DNA from: Dendrobates tinctorius | Taxonomy: Eukaryota | Assembly (NCBI RefSeq): GCF_039654945.1 | Contig: NW_027361775.1 | Coordinates: 12,400,001-12,464,000 of the forward strand | DNA: 64,000 nucleotides | Direction of reading: 5' to 3' | Notes under the pieces: generated by a model | What the model saw: only the letters and a program-made list of their open reading frames with translations | The model's database searches: none | Told to the model about the DNA's origin: nothing | Position numbers and translations under genes: made by a program | In this document: positions 12,010-26,741 of the stretch, piece after piece | Position numbering within the stretch: the first letter of the stretch is position 1 | Layout of the letters: the number at the start of each line of letters is the position of its first letter

Positions 12010-13960
12010 TATTATTACAAAACACCAGTGACTGTCTTACTGCTGTCTCCAACATCATGTCCTCCTTCAGTCTGAAACAGAACTTGTCAAAAACTGATCT
12101 CCTTGTGTTTCCTACCTCCACTAACCTACCTATGCCCAACATTGCCATTTCCATGTGTGTTCTACCATTACTCCCCCCCAAGATGCCCACTGTCTTGGGG
12201 TCATTCTTGATTCAGATCTTTCATTCACCCCCCCACATCTGATCACTGGTTCACTCTTGTTATCTATACTTCAAAAATATTTCTAGAATTCAACCTTTTC
12301 TTACTTTTGACTCTGCAAAAACTCTTTTGCTCTTATTCATTCTCATTTGAGCTATTGTAACTCTCTGCTATTCAGTCTCCCTCTTACCAAACTCTCCCCT
12401 CTCCAATCTGTCTTGAATGCTGCAGCCAGGATCATATGCCTTACCAACCTGTTATGAATGAGTCACCGTATGAGGCAAAAACAGAAATGCTAGCTAAGTC
12501 CAGAAAACCAGAGAAGTTGGCAGCTATCGGATTGCAGACCCCTGAACCTATCAACAACAACTAGCAGTAGCCGTGGGGGGTTCCTACGATGCCCTAGACC
12601 CCTCGATCACAGCCGGAGAACTGCCTAGCCTAAAGACAGAAAGGAAAATCTAAACTGCCCCAGAGCAGACCCCAAAGCAATAGGCAGCCCCCAACATATA
12701 ATGACGGTGAAGCAAGAAGAAAAAACACTAACACAGATAGAAAGATAGACTGAGCAAATGATGGGGCCCAAGCTAACTAGATAGGACAGGAAAGGAAAGC
12801 TGCTGTCTGCAATCCGCGAAAAACCCTATGAAAATAAGAGCCAACAGACTGACCGGGAAAAAGGCCCTGAAGACGCTAGGCTTCAAAAAGACTATGTCAG
12901 TACTCAGGTATTTTCTGAAGACAGAGCAAACCGACAAAAAAGGAATTCAGCTCACCCCAGCAGGGAATGGCAGAATCCAGAAAAGCAAGGCAAACTAAAA
13001 CCAAAACACAAATGCAAAAAGGCAAAGCAGAAAACTTAGCTTTTGAGGAGCAGGAATCAGACTGGTCTCCTAGAATTCCACAGAGAAATCACCAGCGAGG
13101 CAGAAGGGCGTCGGCTGCCTTATATCCAGTCAGAGATCCCAGTCGACCAGTCATCCTCTCCCAGCTCATGTGCTTGGTAATCAGCCTCACTACCTTCCTT
13201 CACCAGAAGAGGGAGTTCATCAGACCTCAATGGTGAAGGGGAAAATGAACTCACAACACCAACCATTACACTGATGCCTCTACCTTGTGCCAGTCATTGC
13301 ACTGGTTACCCATCCACTCTCGAGTTCAATATTAACTTATCACTCTCACCCACAAAGCTCTCCACAGTTCAGCACCACCTTACATCTCCTCCCTCGCCCC
13401 AGTCTACCACCCTACCCGTGCTCTCTGTTCTACTAATGACCTAAGGTTAACATCCTCAATAATCAGAACCTCCCACTCCCGTCTCCAAGACTTCTCACAT
13501 GCTGCGCCAATTCTTTGGAATGCGCTACCCAGGATAATTCCATTAACCCCCAATATCCACAGTTTTAGGAGTGCCTTAAAAACGCATTTCTTCAAATTGG
13601 CCTACCGCCTCAACATATTTATCTAACTATCCTTGTGTTGCCAATTCAAGATTTTCTTCATAACCAGGACCCTCATATCATGTTCTCACATGCTTTATGC
13701 ATTTAATAGCCCAATGTGTCTGTACTTTTACACATACTGGTTGGTTACCAGTTCATGCAGCATTACATGAATAACTGATTTATTACATTGTAGGTGGTCA
13801 GAACAATGAAAGCAATTGTTACCATACACCTTTTGTGTCTCCCCTATTTTCACATAGTTTGTAAGCTTGCGAGCAGGGTCCTCATTCCACTTGGTGTCTA
13901 TTGTTTTATGTGATTATTGTTATTCTTTAATGTCCTTTATTGTATGTACAAGTCCTCTCT
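12010..13960 (+). mobile_element. L2 LINE 3' fragment interrupted by a solo LTR
   Basis: RT C-terminal translation LQNTSDCLTAVSNIMSSFSLKQNLSKTDLLVFP. L2-type 3' UTR TGTAAGCTTGCGAGCAGGG. Sequence is continuous across the LTR at 12450-13258. Confidence 0.8.
12450..13258 (-). mobile_element. Solo LTR (family A), 6-bp TSD CCAACC
   Basis: TGTTATGAA...CTCACAACA termini. TSD at 12444-12449 and 13259-13264. Homologous to 43781-44660 and 56884-57796. TATA-like box on the minus strand. Confidence 0.85.
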
Positions 13961-14029
13961 ATGGTGTCAGTCCATGCAGCTTGTTGTTCTGTAAACATTA
14001 AAGGGCAAAATATGCAGGTTTATTGAACT

Positions 14030-14659
14030 CTTGAACAACGAGCGATTATTTTCCACCTTCCCCCAATCCTGTGAAAAAATGCCTGAATAAGAGCTGTGAA
14101 CTATAAAAGGGGCTCTGCCTCTGTTTCCAGAGACTCTAGTGGACAACAGCCAAATCACCATGGCTCCAATCGAGGAATACAGATTTGATTCACTGGCAAT
14201 CACTTAACCCACAGAGTCGTATGAAGAACCCAGGTTGCAACAATCAGGTCACTTGGCCACTTACTTAAAATGGACTCTATCAGCTCCCTAACTCCATAAG
14301 CTTAGTGTTACCTCCTCTCTGTGAATGCCCACCAAAAGTAGAGTGACACAGATTGGGGTAGTTGCCCCTGGAAGCCACGAAGATATAGATGTTCTATATC
14401 CCAGCAAGCCACTGGAAGGGTGACAATCTGTCATTTTCACCTTCTTGTGTACTTGGTGAGATTGTACTTTATGCTGTTGACTGTTGGTAATCCAATAAAT
14501 TATTACTGTTGTGTCTTACCTGTACCCTGTGTTGTATTAGTATTCTGTCAATGGGGAAGGAGTATGGGCGTTCAGTGGGATGATCCTTGATCCATGTGGT
14601 CTTTCTAAAGACTGACAAACCAACAGGCGAGCGCACCTACTGACGCTCATGTCTCCACA
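14030..14659 (+). mobile_element. Probable LTR remnant
   Basis: CTATAAAAGGGG at 14101, AATAAA near 14493, ends TCTCCACA. 5' boundary and TSD not found. Confidence 0.4.
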
Positions 14660-15786
14660 ATATCTTTTTGCATTGTGGTATGTGCGTCATAGTAGGAAAT
14701 GTATATGGGATTTACTGCTGCTAACATCCGATCTCATTTTATGGTGCAGGAGGCTTTATCTATAAGGATATAATGAAAAACATATTGTCATTAGAAGATC
14801 TTAAAATCAGTAAATGCAACCTCAGATAAACAACACATGACAAATTATGCCATGCAATTTAGTGATCAGCTGGTCTTTTAAAATTTAAATAAAAAATATT
14901 TGCACAATTTTCCACAAAAAATTAACTTGCATAAATCTCAGTAATGTAAATAATATACTATGCATAGGAGAGCGAGAACACAGCTGACCATGAGCTCACA
15001 CTTTACAATCAAGAGAGATAGAGAAGAGCATAAAAGCTTGCACACACCAGGAGAGAGAAAGGGACATGCTGACCATCAGAGCTTATTCACATTATGTATT
15101 TCTATAGCGCCATCTTATTCTGCAGCATTTTACAGACACGTACATCACAAGCCCCACAAGGGCTCACAAAAACTAGGCCAAAATTTAGAAGCAGAGTGTA
15201 AAAAACTAAGTAGACCTCATGAATTAATAGCTTGTTGATCCATCATAAAGTATTCAAATTCTGCATGACCACATCATTCTGGAAGAAAATTGCCTACTAT
15301 TTTTACAACATTGCTTAACCTCTTCACAACCTTAGAAATATCAATATATCCTGGTTGAAAAGGATTTCTCAACCATGGCTGTATGGATGTGTCCTGGTAA
15401 TTTGGTGGGCACAGGACCTGTGAGTGTGTGATCACCACCGGTTGTTCAGCGAATCTGATAGTTAATACCTGGCTCTCAGTGCCAAGAGCAGTTTGGGCAT
15501 ATTGATATTGATCACAGCATTTACCATGCAGAGAACGGTAGAGTGCTTCTTCTCCTCTATGATCGGCGACGTCAGTTGGCATGATGACTCAACATCTGTG
15601 TCACCAGGGCTAGCAGCCTTGACAAATTATTTGCAGTGTATGGTCTAAAAGGCTTGCATCAGTGCAACACTGAAAGTTTATGAAGCATTGCAATGCTTTA
15701 TAACTGTGATCTACTGAGAAAAGTGAAAGTCCCATAGAGAGACTCAGTGAAAGTTTGAAAAAGGAAAAAAAGATCACAAAAAAATA

Positions 15787-16150
15787 TAGAGGGTTGGCTA
15801 TTTATATGGATACACCTAAACAAAATGGGAATGGTTGGTGATAGCAACTTCCTGTATGTGACACATTATAATATGGGGAGGACTTTTCAAGATGGGTGGT
15901 GATCAAGGCGGCCATTTTTAAGTCGGCCATTTTAGATCCAACTTTACTTTTTTCAATGGGAAGAGGGTCATGTGACTCATCAAACTTATTGAGAATTTCA
16001 CAAGAAAATCAATGGTGTGCTTGGTTTTTATGTAACTTTATTCTTTCATGAGTTATTTACAAGTTTATGACCACTTATAAAAAATGTTCAAAGTGCTGCC
16101 CATTGTGTTGGATTGTCAATGCAACCCTCTTCTCCCAATCTTGACACACA
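15787..16150 (-). mobile_element. Tc1/mariner-superfamily 3' end remnant
   Basis: Minus strand encodes a transposase-like C-terminus WEKRVALTIQHNGQHFEH, followed by a terminus resembling TACAGGGTTGGC. Confidence 0.5.
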
Positions 16151-16735
16151 ATGAAAAAATGCGATCAAAAATACAAATGTAAATAAAATTAGTACAGCTG
16201 AAAACATCATCTTGTCCTGCAAAAAACAAGCTGCCATGCAGTTCCATCAGTGGAAAAGTAAAAAAGTTATAGCAATCAGAATAAAGCGATGCAAAAATAA
16301 TTATTTTTTCTATAAAATAGTATTTATTGTATAAAAGCATACACATTTTTTATCAATGTGGTATCACTGTAATCATACGTATGGACCTGAAGAATAAAGC
16401 AGCCTTATCAATTTTACAACATGAGGAGCAGCATAAAAAAACAAAACAATTTCTGATTTACTGATTTTTTTCATTCTGCCTCCCAAAAATCATCTTAGGA
16501 AGCGATCAAAAAATGTCCCTGAAAATGATACTAATAAAAATGCCAACTTGTTACACAAAAAAGAAACCCTCACATCACTCTTTCGGAAGAAATATAGAAA
16601 AATTATAGCTCTCAAAATACGGAGATTCAAAAGCTAGTTTTTGAAAAAAAAAATCTTCTTTTAGTGTGTGACAGCTGCCAAACATAAAAAAAACATATAA
16701 ATCTGGTATCACTATAATTGGGCTGACCTGTAGTG
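16150..16735 (-). mobile_element. Fragment of the TTAA non-autonomous element family
   Basis: Reverse complement resembles 25620-26150 (e.g. GTGTGACAGCTGCCAAACATAAAAA). Confidence 0.55.
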
Positions 16736-18939
16736 CATCTTATATTTTGAAAAAAGCGGTCAATGATCTTTAATAATGATTTATTTAGTAATAATTTCTC
16801 AATTTTTTTCTGTTCTTTCCAGTCTGTCATCTAGTTTCTTGATGACATACTGCCATTTTTAATATATGCATGTATAAACACAAAATACATCATGCTAAAA
16901 TAAAAACACACACATTTGCATCATTCTATCAGAACTCAAAATGCAACATGTATAATCAAGTAAAGTGTGATTATAGAAGTTGTATTTCCATTAACGAAAA
17001 CAATTTGCATTCTATGAGGCCAAATAAAAAAAATAATAACACAAAAAAACAACCCAGGGCAGAAAAATGAGGCTGAAGCGCAGATGTATAGATAAAGTAA
17101 TCAGCATGGTTCTTTTTTATAGAGCCTACATTTTAAATGTGTCAGAGTAGCTTTCAAATTACAATTTAGGGATTCCTCTGCATCTGTCAGTAAACTTGTG
17201 TAGTTGCATACTAACGTATGGTAATATGGTGATCAACGGTGTATGATTTTTTTAATTTATTATTGCTTTTTACAACTAAACATTCATTTTTATGAATGCA
17301 ATTGACAGCTGCAAATGCAAAATCATTCACATGTGGTGCTCTATTACATAGGCTATTGTTGTTTCGATCAGACTGGAAAAAACGCAGCATGTTGCGGTAG
17401 CATGCAAAATTCGGATCATCGCGAAACATCACACTGCACTCAGATATCACCCGAGTGATTCCCGCCGATGCTGGCAGCAGAGGTGATGCAGAAATGAACT
17501 TCTCTGTCTTCTCCACAGCTGTGCTGTAATTCTTTCATGCATGAGAGGATCGTAGCACAGAGCACTGACACTCAGCTCCCGCTCGCAGCAGTGCTGGAGA
17601 CGAGGGTCATTAGTATCTTGCATCGGATGTGATACACTAATGTGACATGCATTTTTTACAAATATTTAATGTCTATTTGCAACTTTTAGTTGATTTATTT
17701 CACCTGGGGACTGAAATTGCATTTGGGAAAATGGAAGACAAAGGTAGAATATGTTTGGCTTTAATGTTCCCAAAGTTTTAGGATTTGATGAGGTTTAAAC
17801 ACTATATTTTTCCAGGAAATAGTTTACTTAACATTATGATATTTTCTTTTTTTGTATCTTATTTTTAAGGGCCATGGGAAAAGCAGACATGCCTAGTGCA
17901 TGGTAAATTAAAAATAAAAATAGTGACTCAAAGAAAGCCACATTGGCATTGGATGCGATATGCTATTGACACACGGCTCCAGCTCTGCTTTGAATGGGAG
18001 TCCAGTGTCAGTGCTCTGTGCTCCGATCTTCATGCATGCCAAAATCGGAGCACAGGGGCGAAGGAGATGGGGAAATTAATTTTTCCATTTCCTTGACTGC
18101 TGGCGTTTGCGGGAGTCACACTTCACTTGGGTAGTTTTCCAGTGCAGTGCACTCACGACCACTGTACTTTTAAAGATGCTGTTGATTTGCGTGTCTTTGG
18201 TGTGTTTTTCTGCACTTAAAAATCGCTAAACAAAATGCCGCATAAAGTCAAAACCAAAAACGCATCAAAAGGATAAAATTCATAAAAATGGCAGCAAAAC
18301 CAAAATATTCAGAGTAGATGCTATTGCTTACTTTTTTGTGATGCAGTCATCTGCAGAAAAAAACGGAAAGGACAAAAACAGCATTGTTTTCACACATTGA
18401 AACTTGGCTTCAGGGTGCTTTCTAATTAAAATTATAACTACGCTTAAGTGTTAAAGTGAAGGTGACATACAAAATGTATTTTCAACTATTGAAAAAATGC
18501 ATAGCATTAATGTTTTAACTTTTTTTAGAAAATGTAAGAATTTATTTTCAATGAAGTAAAATATGAAAAATAATTTAAAATGGTTTGGCATTTCCACACT
18601 GATGGTGGAGGGGGGCCATGACCTGAAATCTACCATGAAAACCTAGTGTATAACTAGCTCACATTACAACTGCAGTAAATGTGAGTGGGATCTGATCACA
18701 TGTGTGTGATGTATCCTCTCCTCCCCCTCTGATTGTTTGTAAAAGTATAAGAAAGGTTGAAGTCTAGGATCAAAGTGTGGCGCCATTTTGTTGGTGACTG
18801 CAATGTGATAGTGACAAGTTGACAGTGTCATTCATGATGGGCAGTGCTCATTCTGTTAGTTTGTGCTACATGCTGTATCATAAGCTGGGGTTAGATACGT
18901 GGAGTGTATGACGTTCACGATTAGGGATTTGATTGGATT

Positions 18940-19188
18940 ACACCACGCCTTCATTGGAAGTTGACAGAGCAGGATCACGCCTTACACCACTGCTCCCATA
19001 GAAATGTACAGACCAGGGTCATGCATTGCACCACTGCTACCATAAAAGTGGACAGAGCAGGGTTACATATTACACCACTGCTACATAGAAGTACACAGAG
19101 TGGGGTCACACATTATACTACTGCTCCCATAGAAGTGGATGGAGCGGTATCATGCATTACATCGCTGCTCTCATAAAAGTAGATGGAT
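18940..19188. repeat. ~44-bp minisatellite, ~5 diverged copies
   Basis: Unit ~ACACCACTGCTCCCATAGAAGTGGACAGAGCAGGGTCACGCATT recurring at ~18984, 19028, 19072, 19115, 19159. Confidence 0.75.
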
Positions 19189-20742
19189 TTTTTCACTAAC
19201 AGTATCTGTCAGATAAAAAAAATCTCAGTATGCTGCATTTTCACTTTGAAATAGGATTGCACGCACCCATTTAAGTCTAATGGTGCATGGAAAACATCGG
19301 ACTGCGCTCGGATGACATCTGAGCAGAGTCTGATTTATGTGGACTCACAGATTGGAGAAAATGGAGAAATGTTGTTCTCCAGCTTCTCCTTACAGTGTGC
19401 TCAGATTCTGTCATCCAATAAAAAAAGAATCACATTATGCTAATGCTCGGATCAGAGGTTGATCAGAATGTAATTTGCATAATCAACTAAGATGAGAGAA
19501 TCTATGGTCATGTGATCGTAGCTCAAGAATGATTTCATATACTCTGACATCAGAACTTGTACAAAGATAGAAGTAATGAATCTTACTTAGCTCTATGTGC
19601 TATAAATAATTTGACCTCAAATCTCATTTTTTCATAAATATATGGCCTTTGTAATCTTCATATTACAATTTATGTATAAAGCACACCCTGCCTGACAATT
19701 TTAGGTAAGTTTTTTCCTTTTATTTCAGGTTCCTAGGATTGTTTATTTAGCATATGACAACATTATGTGGGAACAATAAATGTAATCTTTTCAGCACTAG
19801 ATGGCATCAGACATCTAACATTGTATTTTAGAAATCAACATTGATACTTTTTTTTCTGTAGGTTTTGCATGCAAGTTTTCTTTAAACTATAAATTTCCAA
19901 AATGAATGATCGCATTATGCTTAAGTTTTTTGTTTAAAATGAAAAAACTGAAACTTTTCCTATTCCTTACGTAATAAAAATGTAAAATAATTGCGTAGTT
20001 ATGTCCATGATAGATATCTCATGCTTTTTTAGGTTTGATTCGGATGGCCATTATAACACTCAGGTCAGTCATGTCCCCAATTTGCTCAGTTTGCTGCTCC
20101 CTGTGCTTGTCCACAAAGCAAAAGAGCACAAGTGCTCCGTGTTTTTTGATATGCACTAGTCTAGTCTAAAAATTGGACAATATTAGTGCTTTGGCCACGT
20201 TGAAAAGTTTACAGTATTTTTGGTCAGCATTTCAAAGGTGCATTCTATAAGGCTGGAGTCACACAACAGTATAAAAAATCGGTACGAAAGGTGTTAAGAT
20301 TTTTTCTTTCATTTGTCATCTATGGGTTGTCCATATGTAATCTGTTTTATACTCTGTAGTTATGAATCAATGACATGACTTTTTACAGTTTCACATGCTA
20401 GAGAATTGTAAAGAAACCATAAAAAGCACATGCCACTCTCTGGTTCTGTATAGCATTTTTTAATCGCACCCATCCTATTTCGGAGTGAAATCACAGCATT
20501 CTGCAATTTTTTACAGATTCTCTCAGAGAAAAATATCATCAGCATTGAACCATTAAATAACATTGCTTTGTGGGCTATAATATATTGGATGGCACTCATC
20601 CAATTTATATGGTGGTGTGAACGAGCATTAATGCTTTTCATCTGATTGTTCCACTGCTTTTGTGGCTTACAAATACTGATGTAAAATGCAGGACCAAATC
20701 CAAAAAATGTGAAAGAGACCTTACTGTGATATTTTTCACATA

Positions 20743-22386
20743 CAGTTAGGTCCATATATATTTGGACAGACATTTTCTAAATTTTGGTTCTAGACATTAC
20801 CACAATGAATTTTAAACAAAACAATTCAGATGCAGTTGAAGTTCAGATTTTCAGCTTTCATTTGAGGGTATCCACATTAAAATTGGATGAAGGGTTTAGG
20901 AGTTTCAGCTCCTTACCATGTGCCACCCTGCTTTTAAGGGGACCAAAAGTAATTGGACAGATTAAATTATTGTAAATAAAATGTTCATTTCTAGTACTTG
21001 GCTGAAAACCCTTTGTTGGCAATGTCTGCCTGAAGTCTTGAACTCTTGGACATCACCAGATGCTGTTTTTCCTCCTTTTTTGATGCTCTGTCAGGCCTTC
21101 ACTGCGGTGGTTTTCAACTGCTGTTTGTTTGTGGGCCTTTCTGTCTGACATCTAGTCTTTAACAAGTGAAATGCATGCTCAATTGGGTTGAGATCAGGTG
21201 ACTGACTTGGCCATCCAAGAATATTCCACTTCTTTGCTTTAATAAACTCCTGGGTTGCATTGGCTTTATGTTTTGGGTCATTGTCCATCTGTAGCATGAA
21301 ACGACGACCAATCAGTTTGGCTGCATTTGGCTGGATCTGAGCACACAGTATGGCTCTGAATACCTCAGAATTCATTCGGCTGCTTCTGTCCTGTGTCACA
21401 TCATCAATAAACATTAGTTACCCAGTGCCACTGGCAACCATGCATGCCCAAGCCATCACACTGCCTCCGCCGTGTTTTACAGAGGATGTGGTATGCTTTG
21501 GATCATGAGCTGTACCACGCCTTCGCCATACTTTTCTCTTTCCATCATTCTGGTAGAGGTTGATCTTGGTTTCATCTGTCCAAAGAATGTTCTTCCAGAA
21601 CTGTGCTGGCTTTTTTATATTTTTTTTAGCAAAGTCCAGTCTAGCCTTTTTATTCTTGATGCTTATGAGTGGCTTGCACCGTGCAGTGAACCCTCTGTAT
21701 TTACTTTCATGCAGTCTTCTCTTTATGGTAGATTTGGATATTGATATGCCTACCTCCTGGAGAATGTTGTTCACTTGGTTGGCTGTTGTGAAGGAGTTTC
21801 TCTTCACCATGGAGATTATTCTGCGATCATCCACCACTGTTTTCTTACGTTGGTGCCCAGATCTTTTTGCATTGATGAGTTCACCAGTGCTTTCTTTCTT
21901 TCTCAGGATGTACCAAACTGTAGATTTTGCCACTCCTAATGTTGTAGCAATTTCTCGGATGGGTTTTTTCTGCTTTTTCAGCTTAAGAATGGCTTGTTTC
22001 ACCTGCATGGAGAGCTCCTTTGACTGCATGGTTCCTTCACAGCAAAACCTTCCAAATGCAAGCACCACACCTCAAATCAACTCCAGGCCTTTTATCTGCT
22101 TAATTGAGAATGACATAACGAAGGGATTGCCCACACCTGTCCATGAAATAGCCTTGGAGTCAATTGTCCAATTACTTTTGGTCCCTTTAAAAACAGGGTG
22201 GCACATGTTAAGGAGCTGAAACTCCTAACCCTTTCATCCAATTTTAATGTGGATACCCTCAAATGAAAGATGAAAGTCTGAACTTCAATTGCAAAGGAAG
22301 TGTTTTGTTTAAAATTCATTGTGGTAATGTCTAGAACCAAAATTAGAAAAATGTTGTCCCTGTTCAAATATATATGGACCTAACTG
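20743..22386 (-). mobile_element. Full-length Tc1 DNA transposon (second family)
   Basis: ~220-bp TIRs starting CAGTTAGGTCCATATATATTTG. TA TSDs at 20741-20742 and 22387-22388. Inner DR GGACCAAAAGTAATTGGACA. Confidence 0.95.
20991..22029 (-). pseudogene. Tc1 transposase pseudogene
   Basis: [60 protein letters not shown]. In-frame stops at 21418-21420 and 21091-21093, and a +1 frameshift near 21080. Confidence 0.92.
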
Positions 22387-23402
22387 TAAATCATCGATTC
22401 GTGTGAAAAATCATTGGTGAACATTGGCACAAATGTTATTATCAGGGTATTTTTCTTGCATAGCAAATGATATTTGCTTTCCTTATAAAATGAATAACAT
22501 AACAGCAAATAGATTAAAAATGTCATATGAACAGTATGTTACCAATAAACTCTACAGTATCAACCAAACATAGCTTCTTTGACAGAAAAATTAACAAAAA
22601 GTTAGAGCTCTAAGAATTTGTAGACACATTATTTAAGTTTTAAATATTTGTATATATTTATCTAATTTAACTAATATATACATCTGTTCAGTTACAGGAT
22701 GGTGTTTATATTCAGATTTTATGTGGTGGAAATACTGTATATGGTCATTTTGTGGCTTTTTTTACTCAAATTTAGTGGATTTGATGATATTATAATATTG
22801 TATTTCTTATGAGTGTGGTACTATTTTTTCAGGAACCCATTGACTTGTATTTCTGTTTTTGATCTGACCCTGGGTTCAAAATCGTACATTTTGCCTGACA
22901 TGTGAATGGCCCCATAGACTATAACAGGTGCTAGTGTCATCCGTGAAAAACACAGTTATTACTTGTACATGAAAATCGGACGTCTAAATAAGGCTCAAGT
23001 GTTATTTGATATTTTGCTAGCCTGCAGCAAACATGAGTGTGGTGCTTGCTACATTTGTGTTTTTATAATTCCTGTGGTGGTTTGGTGCAGGACCTTGCTC
23101 ATGTGACTGATATCACCACAGGTCTTACACCCTTATGATTGCCAGCTAACTGTAGCTGATATAAACTGTGTGCAGGTGCACTGAAGAGCGAGCATTCAGC
23201 ATGAATCCAGCACCTGCCCATGACTATACCTTAAAGTCTGCATTCTGCAGATAGCTGATGTGCTGACATTAAGACAATGCACCTATATAAGGTTATAGTA
23301 AAGTGCCTTATATTTTTGCATAGGTCACTTACCCCTGAAGAAGCTAAAGAGACTTACGGTGCCTATTTGTTTGAGTTTTGAACCAACATAATTCAGTTTT
23401 AA

Positions 23403-26400
23403 CTCCTTTACACCCAAGGGTGGTTTGCACGTTCATGACCGGGCCAATTTTTACATTTCTGACCATTGTCCTTTTATGAGGTAATAACTCTGAAATGCTT
23501 CCATGAATCCTGGTGATTCTGACACTGCTTTCTCGTGACATATTGTACTTTATGGTAGTGGTAAAATTTCATTGATATAACTTGCGTTTATTTTTGAAAA
23601 AACAGAAATTTGGCTAAAAATTTAAAAATTTCGCAATTTTCCAACTTTGAATTTTTATGCCCTTAAATCACAGAGATATGGCACACAAAAAACTTAATAA
23701 ATAACATTTCACATATGTTTGCTTTATATCAGCATAATTTTGGAACCAAATTTTTTTTTGTTAGGAAGTTATAAGGGTTAAAAGTTGACCAGTGATTTCT
23801 CATTTTTGCAACACCATTTTATTTTTACAGACCACATCACATTTGAAGTCACTTTGAGGAGTCTATATGATAGAAAATACCTAAAAGTGACACCATTCTA
23901 AAAACTGCACCCCTCAAGGTGCTCAAAACCACATTCAAGAAGTTTGTTAACCCTTCAGGTGCCTCACAGGAATTTTTTGAATGTTTAAAAAAATGAGTAT
24001 TTAACTTTTTTCACAAAAAAAATACTTCAGGTCCAATTTTTTTTATTTTACCAAGGGTAACAGGAAACATTTGACTGCAAAAGTTATTGTGCAATTTGTC
24101 CTGAGTACACTGATACCTGATATGTGGGGGAAACCACTGTTTCGGTGCATGGCAGAGCTCAAAAGGGAAGGAGTGCCGTTTGACTTTTTCAATGCAAAAT
24201 TGGCTGGAATTCAGATCGGACGCCATGTCACAATTGGAGAGCCCCTGATGTGCCTAAACAGTGGAAACTCCCCACAAGTGACCCCATTTTGGAAACTAGA
24301 CCCCCCAAGGAACTTATCTAGATGTGTGGTGAGCACTTTGAACCCCTAAGGGCTTCACAGAAGTTTATAACGTACAGCAGTACAATTAAAAAATCATATT
24401 TTTTCCACAAAAATGATCTTTTCACCCTCAATTTTTATTTTTTCAAGGGTAACAGAATGCCAAAAGTTATTGTGCAATTTGTCCTCAGTACACTGATACC
24501 CCATATGTGAGGGTAAACCACTAGTTGGGTGCATGGCAGAGCTCGGAAAGGAAGCAGCACCATTTGACTTTTATGGCTGGAATTGAGATTGAAAGCCATG
24601 TCGCGTTTGGAAAGCCCCTGATGTGCCAAAACAGTGGACACCCCCCACAAATGATACCATTTTGGAAACTAGACCCCCCCAATGAACTTATCTAAATGTG
24701 TGGTGAGAACTTTAAACCTCCCAGGGCTTCACAGAAGTTTATAACGCCCGGGCATGAAAATAAAAAAATTATATTTTTTCCTCAAACATGATATTTTAGT
24801 CTCCATTTTTTTATTTTCCCAAGGGTAACAGGAGAAATTGTACCCCAAAAGTTGTTGTCCAATTTGTCCTGAGTATGCTGATACCCCATATATGGGAGAA
24901 AACTACTGTATGGGCACATGACGGGTCTCGGAAGGGAAGTAGTGACGTTTTGGAGTGCAGACTTTGATGGAATGGTCTACGGGTGTCATGTCGCGTTTGG
25001 AGAACCTCTGATGTGCCGAATCTGTTGAAACTCCCCACAAGTGACCCTATTTTGGAAACTAGACCCCCTAAGGAACTTATCTAGATGTGTGGTGAGCACT
25101 CTGAACCTTCAAGTGCTTCACAGAAGTTTATAACGCCCGGGCGTGAAAATAAAAAAATCATATTTTTTTCCACTAAAATTATATTTTTACCCCCAATTTT
25201 TTATTTTCCTAAGGGTAACAGGAGAAATTGGACCCCAAAAGTTGTTTTGCAATTTGTCCTGAGTAGGCTGATACCCCATATGTACGGGTAAAGCACTGTT
25301 TGGGTGCATGGCAGAGCATGGAAGGGAAGGAGAACCATTTGACTTTTTTAACTCAGAATTGGCTGGAATTGAGATCAGATGCCATGTTGCATTTGGATAG
25401 CACCTGATGTGCCCAAACAGTGGAAACCCCCCAATTCTAACTCCAACCCAAGCCCCAACACACCTCTAACCCTAACTCTAGCCCTAACCCTAGCCCTAGC
25501 TATAACCCTAATGGAAAAATGGAAATAAATACATTTTTTTAATTTTATTATTTTTACCTAACTAAGGGCGTGATAAAGTTGGGTTTGATTTACCATTTTT
25601 TAGCAAGTTTTTATGTTTGGCAGCTGTCACACAGATGTTTTTTATTGCAAAAATAGTTTTTGCATCACCACATTTTGAAAGCTATAATTTTTCCACATTT
25701 TGACCCACCGAGTCATGTGAGGTCTTATTTTTTGAGGGACGAGTTGACTTTTTATTGGTACCATTTTCGGGCACGTGACATTTTTTGATTGCTTTTTATT
25801 CCGATATATGGGACTCAGAATGAACAAAAAACAGCATTTCATGAATTTCTTTTGGGGGGTGCGTTTACACCGTTCCACGTGTGGTAAAATTGATAAAGCG
25901 GTTTTATTCTTCGGGTCAGCATGATTACAGCGATACCTCATTTATGTCTTTTTTATGTTTTGGCGCTTTTATGCAATGAAAACAATTTTATATAAAAAAT
26001 AATTATTTTTGCATCTCTTTATTCTGCGAGCTATAACATTTTTATTTTTTTGCTGATGATGCTGTATGGTTGCTCATTTCTTGCAGGATAAGATGACATT
26101 TTCAGCAGTACCATGGTTATTTATATCCGTCTTTTTGATTGCGCGTTATTGCACTTTTTGTTCGGCGGTATGATAATAAAGCATTATTTTTTGCTTTGTT
26201 TTTTATTTTTATTTTTTAAGGGGTTTGCTAAAGGGGTTAACTAATGGGACAGTTTTATAGGGCAGGTCGTTACGGACGCGGCGATACTAAATATGTGTAC
26301 TTTTATTGGGTTTTTTTTATTTTCAAAAAATGAATTTATTAGGGAATATTTTTTTTTAATTTATTTAGCGATTTTTTCTAAATTATTTTTACACTTTTTT

Positions 26401-26741
26401 TTACTTTATTACATTGTCCCAGGGGGAACATCACTGTAATATGTCAGACCTGCTGCTGCGGGGGACTCAGGGAAGCACAGAGGAAGCCCCCTCCATGCTG
26501 ATGCTTCCCTAAACCCCCGGTACACTGTGATCGTGTATGATCGCAGTGTGCCAGTGATTAAAGTGCTGGTGGCAGTCCATGACCGCCCCGGACACATAGT
26601 GCCAGGTGTCAGCTGTGATAATCAGCCGATACCCAGCCGCGGTCAGTGGCGCTCCCCCCGTGAGCGCCGCTGATCACTAGGACATGGGCATAGGGGCCCG
26701 AGTCCCATGGATGGGATAGTACGTCAGATGTCAGGAAGGGG
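23403..26741. mobile_element. Large non-autonomous piggyBac-like (TTAA) element with internal satellite
   Basis: TTAA at 23399-23402 and 26742-26745. Termini CTCCTTT / GGAAGGGG. ~375-390-bp tandem units (TATCTAGATG at 24315, ~24689, 25078). CCCTAA/CCCTAG tract at 25440-25510. Homologous to 38017-40741. No transposase. Confidence 0.75.

Noticed and set aside
18940-19188. Regularly spaced repeats as a possible CRISPR-like array (also 47985-48508 and 58260-59350)
   Set aside because: Head-to-tail diverged tandem units with no unique spacers and no cas genes, in a eukaryotic context.
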